61,131 nt of DNA, taken from assembly GCF_006345805.1 (NCBI RefSeq), contig NW_021833689.1:1-61131 (forward strand). The letters run 5' to 3'. Position 1 is the stretch's first letter, and every line of letters begins with the position of its first letter. Made by a program: the position numbers and the translations under genes. The notes beneath the pieces are model-generated. The model saw only the letters and a program-made list of their open reading frames with translations. It did no database searches and was not told the DNA's origin. Positions 1-11,339 of this stretch are shown here, piece after piece. This stretch comes from Octopus sinensis. Taxonomy: Eukaryota.

Positions 1-363
1 TGTGTGCGTGTGTGTGTGTGTGTATGTATAAAAGATGGCACAGAGATGGGAGGCGACATGGGGTTGTTGCCCCACAAAGGAATTAAGGAGCAGATGGAGA
101 GAAAAAATTTCACCTACAAGGTGTTCTTGTTAAAAGAAAAAAATGCCGAGCAGGTGAAAGCTGAAATGTAAGAGGCGCTAAGGGAGCGGTCAAAGGAAAT
201 AACTTATATAACTAAAGGAAGGAGATATGGGACAATGGTCGTCCAGTTTAGGACAGTGGGGGAGGCGAGGAAGCTGGCGAGTGTGGCGGTGAAAACAGAG
301 AAAGTAGTGCTTCTGCCCACATACCTTGGAAGAAAGACTTCCAAGGTAAGAGTAGAAGCAATC

Positions 364-602
364 TCACAAAAGGCGACGAGTTGGCAGAAACGTTAGCACG
401 CCGGACGAAATGCTTAGTGGTATTTCGTCCTCCGTTACGTTCTGAGTTCAAATTCCGCCGAGGTCGACTTTGCCTTTCATCCTTTCGGGGTCGATAAATT
501 AAGTACCAGTTACGCACTGGGATCGATATAATCGACTTAATCCGTTTGTCTGTCCTTGTTTGTCCCCTCTATGTTTAGCCCCTTGTGGGCACTAAAGAAA
601 TA
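364..602 (+). mobile_element. tRNA-derived SINE family B (~240 bp) with 10-bp TSD
   Basis: A box TGGCAGAAACG, B box GAGTTCAAATTCC, TSD AGAAGCAATC. Other copies at ~8140-8365, 19428-19665, 41483-41690 and 60770-60905. Confidence 0.85.
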
Positions 603-1633
603 AGAAGCAATCCCTCCTGATATAGAAGTGGCTTGGGTTTGCGGTGGCTGCCCTTGTTGGAAGTGTGGAGAAAGTGGCTGTCCTTAAAGTCACAGAAAAT
701 ATGGAAGATGAAGCAAAAGTATTGAAAATAACGAGAATGGAAGAAATGAAATGATGGGGATATGGGCTGGAGCTCACGGTTCTAGCTGGGCTAACGGAGA
801 TGCATGAGATTGCAGAAGAGGTGAGATTACCAGATGGATATACAATGAGAATAATGGGGGAAGAGAGACCTCCTACCTCCTATCAATGTGGTAAGAAGGT
901 AATTTAAGGGCCGTTTGTCCACAGAATGAAAAGGATAAGGCGGAAGTAGTGGAACAGAAGGAAGAAACCCCAATAGTAATGGAGCAGGCAGTGGAGGGGA
1001 ATTGTACTGTGGCGAAGAGGGGGTAGAATAGTGGAGACTCACCCCCAAAGAATGTGAGAAAGAAGAGAAGAGGTGGGAAAAGGGGGAAAAAAACGAATGA
1101 GAAGTCAGTAAATGGTGAGATACTCTCTTTACTCTTTTACTTGTTTCAGTCATTTGACTGCGGCCATGCTGGAGCACCGCCTTTAGTCGAGTAAATCGAC
1201 CCCCGGGGACAATTCTTTTTGTAAGCCCAGTACTTATTCTATCGGTCTCTTTTGCCGACCGCTAAGTGACGGGGACGTAAACACACCAGCATCGGTTGTC
1301 AAGCAATGCTAGGGGGGACAAACACAGACACTCAAACACACACACACACACACACCACACATCATATATTATATACCTCTTTACTCTTTTACTCTTTTTA
1401 CTTGTTTCAGTCATTTGACTGCGGCCATGCTGGAGCACCCCGCCTTTAGTTGAGTAAATCGACCCCCGCAGGACTTATTCTTTGTACCCCAGTACTTATT
1501 CTATCGGTCACTTTTTGCCGAACCCCGCTAAGTGACGGGGACGTAAAACACCAGCATCAGTTGTCAAGCAATGCTAGAGGACAACACAGACACTCAAACA
1601 CACACACACATACATACATATATAGATATATAT

Positions 1634-1681
<48 letters not shown>

Positions 1682-1682
1682 T

Positions 1683-2703
1683 ACGACAGGGGCTTCTTTC
1701 AGTTTCCGTCTACCAAATCCACACACAAGGCATTGGTCGGCCCGAGGCTATAGCAGAAACACTTGCCCAGGTGCCACGCAGTGGACTGAACCCGGAACCA
1801 TGAGGTTGGTTAGCAAGTTACTTACCACACAGCCACTCCTATATACATATATACGACGGCTTCTTTCAGTTTCCGTCAACCCAATCCACTCAAAAGGCTT
1901 TGGTCGGCCCGAGGCTATAACAGAAGACACTTGCCCAAGATGCCACGCAGTGGGACTGAACCCGGAACCATGTGTTGTTTTAGCAAGCTACTTACCACAC
2001 AGCCACTCCTATATACATATATACGACAGGCTTCTTTCAGTTTCCGTCTACCAAATCCACTCACAAGGCATTGGTCGGCCCGAGGCTATAGTAGAAGACA
2101 CTTGCCCAGGTGCCACGCAGTGGACTGAACCTGGAACGATGTGGTTGGTAAGCAAGCTACTTACCACACGCCACTCCTGCGCCTATATATATATATACAT
2201 ATATACGACAGGCTTCTTTCAGTTTCCGTCTACCACATCCACTCACAGCATTGGTCGGCCCGAGGCTATGTAGAAGACACTTGCCCAAGGTGCCACGCAG
2301 TGGGACTGAACCCGGAACCATGTGGTTGGTTAGCAAGCTACTTACCACACAGCCACTCCTATATACATATATACGACAGGCTTCTTTCAGTTTCCGTCTA
2401 CCAAATCCACTCACAAGGCATTGGTCGGCCCGAGGCTATAGTAGAAGACACTTGCCCAAGGTGCCACGCAGTGGGACTGAACCTGGAACCATGTGGTTGG
2501 TTAGCAAGCTACTTACCACACAGCCGCTCCTACGCCTATTTATATACTATATACACAGGCTTCTTTCAGTTTCCGTCTACCAAATCCACTCACAAGGCAT
2601 TGGTCGGCCCGAGGCTATAGCAGAAGACACTTGCCCAAGGTGCCACGCAGTGGGACTGAACCCGGAACCATGTGGTTGGTTAGCAAGCTACTTACCACAC
2701 AGC
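1683..2703 (-). repeat. Tandem array of SINE A head modules (~170 bp x 6)
   Basis: ACGACAGGCTTCTTTCAGTTTCCGTCTACC starts at ~1683, 1853, 2023, 2205, 2374 and 2553, with units separated by short (TA)n. Confidence 0.92.
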
Positions 2704-2985
2704 TATATGAACATGTGGAAATGTGTGGACGGGGGAGGTTATTCAGAAGTAATAGTGGGGGAGACTATACGGAGGGTGGAAGAAAATGGGAGTTCGAAGA
2801 CTGTAGTGAGGGAAAGACGGGAAGAGGAGGTGGAATTTCAATTGAGGATGAAGGGATGGAAATTGAGGTAAAAGTCGCGAAAATGAAGAACTGTATTGAT
2901 GTTTTTCGTTCTTGTCCCATTTTTGTAATGTATATATATCTCTCTCTATATATAAACGGCAGTTTGTCTGTGCAGACAAAATACC

Positions 2986-3585
2986 TATTTCTTTATTACC
3001 CGCAAGGGGCTAAACATAGAGGGGACAAAAACAGGACAGACATAGTATTAAGTCGATTACATCGACTCCAGTGCGTAACTGGTACTTATTTTTATCGACC
3101 CCGAAAGGATGAAAGGCAAAGTCGACCTCGGCGGAATTTGACTCAGAACGTAACGGCAGACAAAATACCTATTTCTTTATTACCCGCAAGGGGCTAAACA
3201 AGAGGGGACAAACAAGGACAGACATAGGTATTAAGTCGATTATATCGACCCCAGTTCGTAACTGGTACTTAATTTATCGACCCCGAAAGGATGAAGGCAA
3301 AGTCGACCTCGGCGGAATTTGAACTCAGAACGTAACGGTAGACGAAATACCTATTTCTTTTTCTTTATTACCCAAGGGGCTAAACATAGAGGGGCAAACA
3401 AGGACAGACATAGGTATAAGTCGATTATATCGACCCCAGTTCGTAACTGGTACTTAATTTATCGACCCCGAAAGGATGAAAGGCAAAGTCGACCTCGGCG
3501 GAATTTGAACTCAGAACGTAACGGCAGACGAAATACCGCTAAGTATTTCGCCCGGCGTGCTAACCACTCTGCCAGCTCGCCGCCT
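2986..3585 (-). repeat. Head-to-tail array of SINE B partial units (~180 bp, about 4)
   Basis: GTCGATT..ATCGACCCCAGT.CGTAACTGGTACT...GAACTCAGAACGTAACGG repeated. Junctions at GAAATACC|TATTTC. Confidence 0.9.
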
Positions 3586-3722
3586 TAAGCGGCAGGTTCG
3601 ATATGACGAGCTGCTGCCGGTGGTGGGATGCGAAGAATTGAAACCGTACTGGTGGAATATAAAGGATTCATTACGAACTAAATTTATTTGTGAAAAATTG
3701 TTTATTTTAAAAAGACTGCTAA

Positions 3723-4107
3723 TCTCTCTCTATATAAACGGCAGTTTGTCTGTGCGTGTTTCTGTGTGTCTGTTTGCTTGTACCCTCACCCTGACCACGG
3801 CTTTCAACCGATTCTGATGAAACTTGACACACACATAGCCCAATGTCATAATTCAAAACTAACGCAGCGAAAATTTTGAAAAGTTCCCCCAGTTCTGAAA
3901 AAAATCGATAAATTCGACATGGGGTCGAGAATCAGAAACACGAACCACAAACTGTCTAGGGGACGCAACTCCACCTTTTTTGAATCTCAAAAAAAATTTA
4001 CCATAATTTTTTTTCCATTTTTTTGCTATTCTTTGGCTATAACTCTCTAAAAATGCTTTATAGTTATTTCCCTTACAAACCTGAGCAACGCCGGGCGATA
4101 CTGCTAG
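3723..4107 (+). mobile_element. Non-autonomous Helitron-like element
   Basis: 5' TC(TC)n TATATAAACGGCAG; 3' GAGCAACGCCGGGCGATACTGCTAG|T (subterminal GC-rich hairpin plus CTAG). Related ends at 13568-14070(-), 24463-25030(-), 31443-31830(-), 41768-42606(+), ~14872(+) and ~43236(+). Confidence 0.7.
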
Positions 4108-5716
4108 TTGTTGTATAAATAGCAAAAGTGGAACTGCCTGCTTGCGAGCGGTAGGTAAGCCCTTCATTTTTATTTTCATCAAATTCATGTAATTCATTCG
4201 TATATATTTCGTGTACCATGGATGCGCAACGGCCCAGTGGTTAGGGCAGTGGACTCGCAGTCGTAGGATCACGGTTTCGATTCTCAGACGGAGCATTGTG
4301 AGTGTTTATTGAGCGAAAACACCTAAAGCTCCACGAGACTCCGGCAGGGGTGGGGGTTGAACCCTGCTGTGCTCTTTCACCTGTTTCTTCCTGTTTCTGT
4401 TGTACATGCATTTCGAAGGGCCAGCCTTGTCACACTCTGTGTCACGCTGAATATCCCCGAGAACTACGTTAAGGGTACGCGTGTCTGTGGAGATGTTTCG
4501 TTAGAAAATCATTCACGTGTGTATAACAAGTTGAACTTGGATTACTTGAGGTTATTTAAGCAAGTGCAGAGGTGCAATGGCCCAGTGATTAGGGCAGCGG
4601 ACTCGCGGTCATAGGATCGCGGTTTCGATTCCCAGACCGGGCGTTGTGAGTGTTTATTGAGCGAAAACACCTAAAAGCTTCACGAGGCTCCAGCAGGGGA
4701 TGGTGGTGATCCCTGCTGTACTCTTTCACCACAACTTTCTCTCACTCTTTCTTCCTGTTTCTGTTGTACCTGCATTTCAAAGGGGCCAGCCTTGTCACAC
4801 TCTGTGTCACGCTCAATCTCCCCGAGAACTACGTTAAGGGTTCACGTGTCTGTGGAGTGCTCAGCCCCTTGCACGTTAATAAATGAGCTGCGACGTCACT
4901 GGTGCCAAGCTGTATCGGCCCTTTGCCTTTCCCTTGGATAAGATCGGTGGCGTGGAGAGGGGAGGCTGGTATGCGTGGGCGACTTCTGGTCTTCCATAAA
5001 CAACCAGATTTGTGCCTGGGAGGGTAACTTTCTAGGCGCAATCCCATGGTCATTCATGACCGAAGGGGTCACAATTTCATGTATCCCACTGTTTTGTCCT
5101 TGTATATATTTGTGTCGTCCCCCTCTGTCCCCCTTATATTTTCCCTCCAAAATTACCATGTGTGTCACAAAAGTAGTTCCTCAGAAAGAGAACTGTGGTT
5201 TGTCATAAGGGAGTGAAAAATTCTATTATTAATAATATCATTTTGGAGGGAAAATACGAATTCATTCGTCTATATGGATTTGGTCTGTGCTGACTATCTT
5301 TCTGCTATCTCCGATGGCGCCTGATCGGGATGCAAGAGGTAGGTAAATAGCATTTGCAAATCTATAATCTAATGGAATGTTGCGCTGAAGACGGGAATGA
5401 GTTATTTATAATTCTAACCCAGAAACGCGTCCGTAACTGACCGAAGACTTTGTTTTCGTTATTTTTCCTTCTTTTTACATATGTGAGTTACAAGTAAATG
5501 TTATATGTGGAGCTATGTTTGTAGAAAATAGGAATAAGCGGTCTTTGACTGCTATTTCTAAATTCTCGGTATGTGGCTAAGCAACTTGTTGCTTGACCCT
5601 ATATATATATATATGTATCCTACGATAGCCTCTGATTGACCAAAGCCTGGTGAGTGGCTTTGGTAGACGGAAACTGAAAGCCCATCGAATATATGTGTAT
5701 GTGTGTCTGTGTGTGT

Positions 5717-5761
<45 letters not shown>

Positions 5762-6425
5762 TGTGTGCTTGTGACTCCCCGTTTGACAACCGGCATTGGT
5801 GTGTTTACATTCCCGTAACTTAACGGTTCGGCAATAGACACCGATGGAATAAGTACCGGGCTTTAAAAACTAAATACTGTTATCGATTCACTCGACTAAA
5901 GACATTCTTGAAGGTGATGCCCCAGCATGGCCGCAGTCAAATTACTGAAACACGTAAAACTTAAAAGACAGAAGACACATATTCTTCATTTCATTTAACG
6001 TTAGGTTAAATAATAACAAGAACATCAATTATATCTCTTGACAGACAGACAGACATAGTGAAAGGGATTGCCAACAAAAGATCGATAATCGATAGAGTGA
6101 TCATTACATTTGAATTACTGGAAGTCAGCACTTGACACATCGCTATCGTGGTGGTCATTTTTCGTAAGGGTAAATGTTAAAAGCAACAACAATGGCTGCA
6201 GAGCAGTTCGTGTGATTGGTTAATATGTTCAAGGTGTCGGCTTCTCCGTATTTAAAAAAATTTTTTTATTATTATTATTACTATTATTATTATTATTATT
6301 ATTACTATTATTATTATTATTATTATATTATTATTATACTATTATTATTATTATGATATTATTATTATTACTATTATATTACTATTATTATATTATTATT
6401 ACTATTATTATTATTACTATTATTA

Positions 6426-6475
<50 letters not shown>

Positions 6476-6486
6476 TTATTAACATT

Positions 6487-6960
6487 GAGTGAGAGAGCAG
6501 TTCATGCCATCAAAGTGACACTGGGGTAAAATATACGAAGCCCAACATACCCATCATGACTACCCGTCTGATAAGGGTACACCAGGCACATGCATCACAA
6601 CCATATGTGCGCGACATGGTGATCTCATATCAAGATAAACAGCACATGACCTTGCAGGTGGGGCCCAGTTAGAAATTTCTTGAGGTTGAGTAGCCCATCC
6701 CGCTCAAAAGGTCCATGAATAAGGTTTGTTTAAGGATGTTGAAAGAACCACCCATGTTTCCAGAGGTGAACTATTCAAACCCCAAAGAATCCCTCTCAAC
6801 ACATGGCTATGATGCTCCCCCACTACTTCTGCTCGTGATCAGAGATGCACATATCGTCAGCCACTAAGGGACATGCTCAACTGGTTAAGGTCAAACAACT
6901 GACAAGGAAATCTGTGGTATTGAGCAGAATATTTGCTGTAGCCCTTCTTTTATACCAAGA
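6487..6960 (-). mobile_element. Repeat D copy (5'-truncated)
   Basis: Matches 22901-23373 and is truncated at the same point (..TATACCAAGA) as the 7188-7660 copy. Confidence 0.85.
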
Positions 6961-7028
6961 TTATCATTATTATTATTATCATTATTATTATTATTATTAT
7001 TATCATTATTATTATTATTATCATTATT

Positions 7029-7060
<32 letters not shown>

Positions 7061-7067
7061 TACTATT

Positions 7068-7098
<31 letters not shown>

Positions 7099-7187
7099 TG
7101 GTCGTAGAGAAGGCGGATTAATATGTTCAAGGTCTCGGCTTCTCCGTATTTTGAAAAAGTATTATTATCATTATTATTATTATTATT

Positions 7188-7660
7188 GATGAGAGAGCGG
7201 TGCATGCCATCAAAGTGACACTGGGGTAAAATATACGAAGCCCAATATACCCATCATGACTACCCGTCTGATAAGGGTACACCAGGCACATGCATCACAA
7301 CCATATGTGCGCGACATGGTGAACTCATATCAAGATAAACAGCACATGACCTTGCAGGTGGGCCCCAGTTAGAATTTTCTTCAGATTGAGTAGCCCATCC
7401 CGCTCAAAAGGTCCCTGAATAAGGGTTCTTGAAGGATGTTGAAAGAACCACCTATGTTTCCAGAGGTGAATTATTCAAACCCCAAAGAATCCCTCTCAAC
7501 ACATGGCTATGATGCTCCCCCACTACTTCTGCTCGTGATCAGAGATGCACATATTGTCAGCCACTAAGGGACATGCTCAACTGGTTAAGGTCAAACAACT
7601 GACAAGGAAATCTGTGGTATTGAGCAGAATATTTGCTGTAGCCCATCTTTTATACCAAGA
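7188..7660 (-). mobile_element. Repeat D copy (5'-truncated), part of a ~700-bp tandem unit
   Basis: Near-identical to 6487-6960 with the same flanks. Confidence 0.85.
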
Positions 7661-7725
7661 TTATCATTATTATTATTATCATTATTATTATTATTATTAT
7701 CATTATTATTATTAATATCATTATT

Positions 7726-7804
<79 letters not shown>

Positions 7805-7909
7805 TTATTATTATGGTCGTAGAGAAGGCAGATTAATATGTTCAAGGTCTCGGCTTCTCCGTATTTTGAAAAAGTATTATCATTATTATTATTATTATTA
7901 TTATCATTA

Positions 7910-7990
<81 letters not shown>

Positions 7991-8036
7991 CATTATTATT
8001 ATTATTTTATGGTCGCAGAGAAGTTCGTGTGACTGG

Positions 8037-8089
8037 TTAGTTCGATCCCAGGCGGATTAATATGTTCAAGGTGTCGGCTTCTCCGTACC
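8037..8089 (-). CDS. Gene A exon 5 (terminal coding exon)
   Basis: TTATTTTCAG|GG TAC GGA GAA GCC GAC ACC TTG AAC ATA TTA ATC CGC CTG GGA TCG AAC TAA = (G)YGEADTLNILIRLGSN*. Phase 1 matches exon 4. The five exons sum to 885 nt = 294 aa plus stop. Confidence 0.8.
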
Positions 8090-8365
8090 CTGAAAATAAC
8101 AACAACATCAGTGAAAACAGCGATATAATTAAACCATTCTACTAAAGGCACAAGGTCAGCAATTTCGGGCGGGTCGGAGAGGGGTGGTGGTGGTTAAGTC
8201 GATTACATCGACCGCAGTGTTCAAGTGGCACTTATTTTATCGACCCCCGAAAGGGAAGGAAGGTAAATTGACTTCGGCGGAATTTGAACACTGAACATAG
8301 AGACAGCCGAAATGCCGTTAAATATTCTGCCCGGCACGCAAGCGATTTTGCTGGCTCACCGCCTT

Positions 8366-8479
8366 ACAACAACAACAACAACAACAACAGCAACAATAGT
8401 AATAATAATAATAATAAAAATAAAAATAATAATAATAATAATAATAATAATGATAACAATAATAATAACAATAATGATG

Positions 8480-8544
<65 letters not shown>

Positions 8545-8651
8545 CAACAACAACAATAATGATAATAATAATAATAATAACAACAACAACAACAATAATA
8601 ATAATAATAATAATAATAACAATAATAATAATAATAAAATAAAAATAAAAA

Positions 8652-8714
<63 letters not shown>

Positions 8715-8722
8715 TAATGACG

Positions 8723-8762
<40 letters not shown>

Positions 8763-8787
8763 TAATAATTATAAAAATAATAATAAT

Positions 8788-8826
<39 letters not shown>

Positions 8827-8850
8827 AATAATAATACTAATAATAATATA
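8366..8850. repeat. (AAT/AAC)n microsatellite block in gene A intron 4
   Basis: Directly visible. Similar blocks at 6260-6480, 17466-17625, 22704-22900, 23456-23700 and 59398-59560. Confidence 0.95.
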
Positions 8851-9076
8851 AAGGATTGAGACAACTCTTCCAGAAGATATAGAGTCAAAGTTAAAAGAAG
8901 AGTGCCATTGTCATCTGGTGAACGATATTTCGACATCTTGTGTGTCTTTTACAGGTTCAAAAAATAATTTTGTCAGTTATTTTTGGAACCTGTCGTAGAA
9001 ACACAAGATGTCGAAATATCGTTCACTAGATGACAATAGCATTCGTTATTTTCTCTCCTTATTTCTTTCTGTGTTC

Positions 9077-9112
9077 CTTTCTGTAGAAGAGCGCAGGCTC
9101 GAAACGTTAAAG
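9077..9112 (+). ncRNA. Hammerhead-like motif with variant core
   Basis: CUUU CUGUAGA A GAGC GCAG GCUC GAAA CGUU|AAAG. Stems I and II and the palindromic stem III are present; core position A6 is U. Confidence 0.45.
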
Positions 9113-9234
9113 ACTTTTTCACTTCCCGAGCGTTAAACTAATACATCTGTTTGTTGTCTACATCACCTGAATTCGACTTTTGTTTTTTTGTTGTTTTTTT
9201 TGTGAATTCTCACCCTACATACAAACTTAACCGA

Positions 9235-9900
9235 GTAAGTAATATCCACTGGACAATATCTCAACATTACAATATTAAAACTGATAACAAATAGTATAAA
9301 CTCGTGCCATACAAGGTTCAAGACAACGATTAGGCCACGATCTTCTTCTCTTCTTCTTCTTCTTCTTCTTACAGCATTCACCCGCGGGGGAGTGGGTTGA
9401 GCTGGCTTCATTCATCCTCAAAGCTGCATCTCTCACAAACGCCGACCAGGCCTGGCGATTTGAGGCTAACGACCGCGTGATCTCCAACCACTCCTTATTC
9501 CAGCAGCGAACGCCGTAGATATGGGGGCCTAGGTTGGGTTCCAGATCAGCCTTGACTCTCAACAGCCAGGTTTTTCGTTGTCCACCACATCGCTTTCGCC
9601 AACCCACGATCACCTGGGACGTGCCGGTTCAAACCGACAACGAAATAAAGCTAATCGCTTAGATATAAATAATGAAAAATTAGGGGTAAAAAAAAACAGC
9701 TCCTAACTGATAGGCATTGCAATCCCTTCTGATCAAAATTTTGTGAAGAAGTGGAGAAATTGTCAAAGTACAAAAATCTCGAAATTGAAGTATTCTAGAT
9801 ATGGGGTATGAAGGTGAAAATAATGCAAATGATTGGAGCATTGGGCATGATAAAAAGAACATACTGACAAAAACGTAGATGCTAAACCCTGATCCTGAAC
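9235..9900 (+). mobile_element. Old degenerate R4/Dong-like endonuclease remnant interrupted by the RTE insertion
   Basis: IHWTISQHY...[RTE]...TITWDVPVQTDNEIKANRLDI...LSKYKNLEIE..IGALGMI aligns to the 20351-22162 ORF C-terminus. Confidence 0.75.
9343..9603 (-). mobile_element. RTE-clade LINE 3' end with (AAG)n tail and 8-bp TSD
   Basis: GWRKRCGGQRKTW...W...A.NRQAW C-terminal pattern. CCACGATC is duplicated at 9335-9342 and 9604-9611. Confidence 0.8.
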
Positions 9901-9982
9901 ACTACACACATATTAGCCGCTCCCTATCACGCTTCTGTTAAAATACGGACACAAATATAAAATATAAAACACAAAATCATAC

Positions 9983-10143
9983 CGTTCTTCCAAAAGATTT
10001 CCGAATCTCTGTTCGAATAGGAGAAAACAGGGAAATGTTGTACATGCGTATACAAACAACCTCCTTTAAACTGAAGTATACTCAACCAGCCTCGGTTGTC
10101 ATTACAATTCGTAGAGCTTCCTATATGGAAAAAGCGATTTATA
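9983..10143 (-). CDS. Gene A exon 4
   Basis: Pyrimidine tract CTTTTCTTTCTCCACAG|T ATA AAT ... AAG AAC G|GTATGA; 161 nt, phase 2->1. (G)INRFFHIGSSTNCNDNRGWLSILQFKGGCLYTHVQHFPVFSYSNRDSEIFWKN. Homologous to 50818-50981. Absent from the ORF track. Confidence 0.88.
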
Positions 10144-10625
10144 CTGTGGAGAAAGAAAAGATATCACAATCAGCTATCGAGGACATTAATAAAGTTTTGA
10201 GTCGACAACGACGTCAACAGCAACAACAGTGGAGGCGCAATGGCCCAATGGTTAGGGCAGCGGACTCGCGGTCGGAGGATCGTGGATTCGATTCCCAGAC
10301 TGGGCGTTGTGTGTGTTTATTGAGCGAAAACACCTAAAGCTCCACGAGGTTCCTGCAGGGGGTGGGGGTGGCAACCCCTGTTGTACTCTTTCGCCCCAAC
10401 TTTCTCTCACTCTTTCTTCCTGATTCCTGTCCCTGACTTCCTACGCAACCGCTGAGCCTGGATGCGCATTCGTCCATCCGTCGATGCTCTCGGTGTCGGG
10501 AGTTGACCTGCTTTCTCTTCTGCGGTTCTTACGAATAGCAAAGGACCACGTTTCGGACTTCTTCCAAGGGACGAAGACAGCTTCGCTCAACAGCAACATC
10601 AACAACAATGCCATTTAATCTTGTT

Positions 10626-11248
10626 GGATCTTTACCGTTTGACCGACAGATTAAAAAAAATTTTCGTAACTAAACACTTTCATACTTCGGACACTTGTAG
10701 AATGTGTCATATAAAACATCTTTTGCTCTTAGCATTTTTGTGAAAAACTTATATTTACAAAGTTATTTCATGGTAAAGTTCTCGTATTTCGGTAACTTCA
10801 ACCAATCAATGACGTGTATTCAACTGAATAAAGTTACTGCAGTTGTTTGTCAACAAGAACTTCCGGTGGTGTATATTTCGTTTGTCGCTTTTATTTATGA
10901 CATCATTCGTGCGTTTGTACTGGTTTTAGCTTTAAGGTTTTAGGGTTAGGGTTAGGGTTAAGATTTTAGGGTTAGGGTAAGGGTTAGGGTTTTAGGGTTA
11001 GAGTTGTCATAAATAAAAGTGACAAACGTAATATACACCGCCTGAAGTTCTTGTTAACAAACAACAGCAGTAATTTCATTCAGTTGAATACCCGTCATTG
11101 ATTGGTTTAAATTACCGAAATACGAGAACTTTAAGGTGAAATAACTAAGTAAATAAAAGTTTTTCTCATTCAACCAATATACGAAGTTTGGAAGTGTTTA
11201 GTTACAAGAAATAATTTTTTTAATCTGTAGGGCAAAAGATAAAAGTTC
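10626..11248. mobile_element. Fold-back MITE with ~300-bp arms and a central TTAGGG-like tract
   Basis: Starts GGATCTTTACCGTTTGACCGACAGATT. Arms are reverse complements. Centre ~10925-11003 is (TT)TTAGGG repeats. A shorter relative lies at 43574-43966. Confidence 0.8.
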
Positions 11249-11339
11249 ATATTATTTTCAAATTTTGGTACAATGCCTGCAATTTCAGGGAAGAGAATGC
11301 CTCCATTACATTCTTCGATAATGCACGACTAGTTCATAT

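Larger units (their letters stand above)
36..2905 (+). mobile_element. Decayed L1/Tx1-like ORF1 remnant (36-1110, 2705-2905) interrupted by SINEs
   Basis: Removing the SINE at 364-602 (TSD AGAAGCAATC) restores KTSKVRVEAIPPDIEVAWV. A degenerate zinc knuckle SYQCGKK(G)NLRAVC lies at ~880-920. The clade assignment is inference. Confidence 0.55.
6192..7873 (-). pseudogene. Three partial copies of gene A exon 5 (about 7815-7873, 7100-7158, 6192-6253) separated by (TAA)n and repeat D
   Basis: TACGGAGAAGCCGA[C/G]ACCTTGAACATATTAA recurs three more times. All three lack the AG acceptor (CAAAATAC or TAAATAC versus CAGGGTAC) and carry deletions. Confidence 0.8.

Noticed and set aside
1450-3197. Several 100-200-aa ORFs
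   Set aside because: They are read-throughs of tandem SINE modules, and the same peptides recur wherever the SINE occurs.
4221-4300. tRNA-Arg(TCG) genes here and at 24050, 40550 and 51081
   Set aside because: These are SINE heads: the acceptor stem is not closed and they run into SINE bodies.
10925-11003. True telomere or chromosome-fusion site
   Set aside because: The tract is short, degenerate and centred within a MITE's inverted arms.
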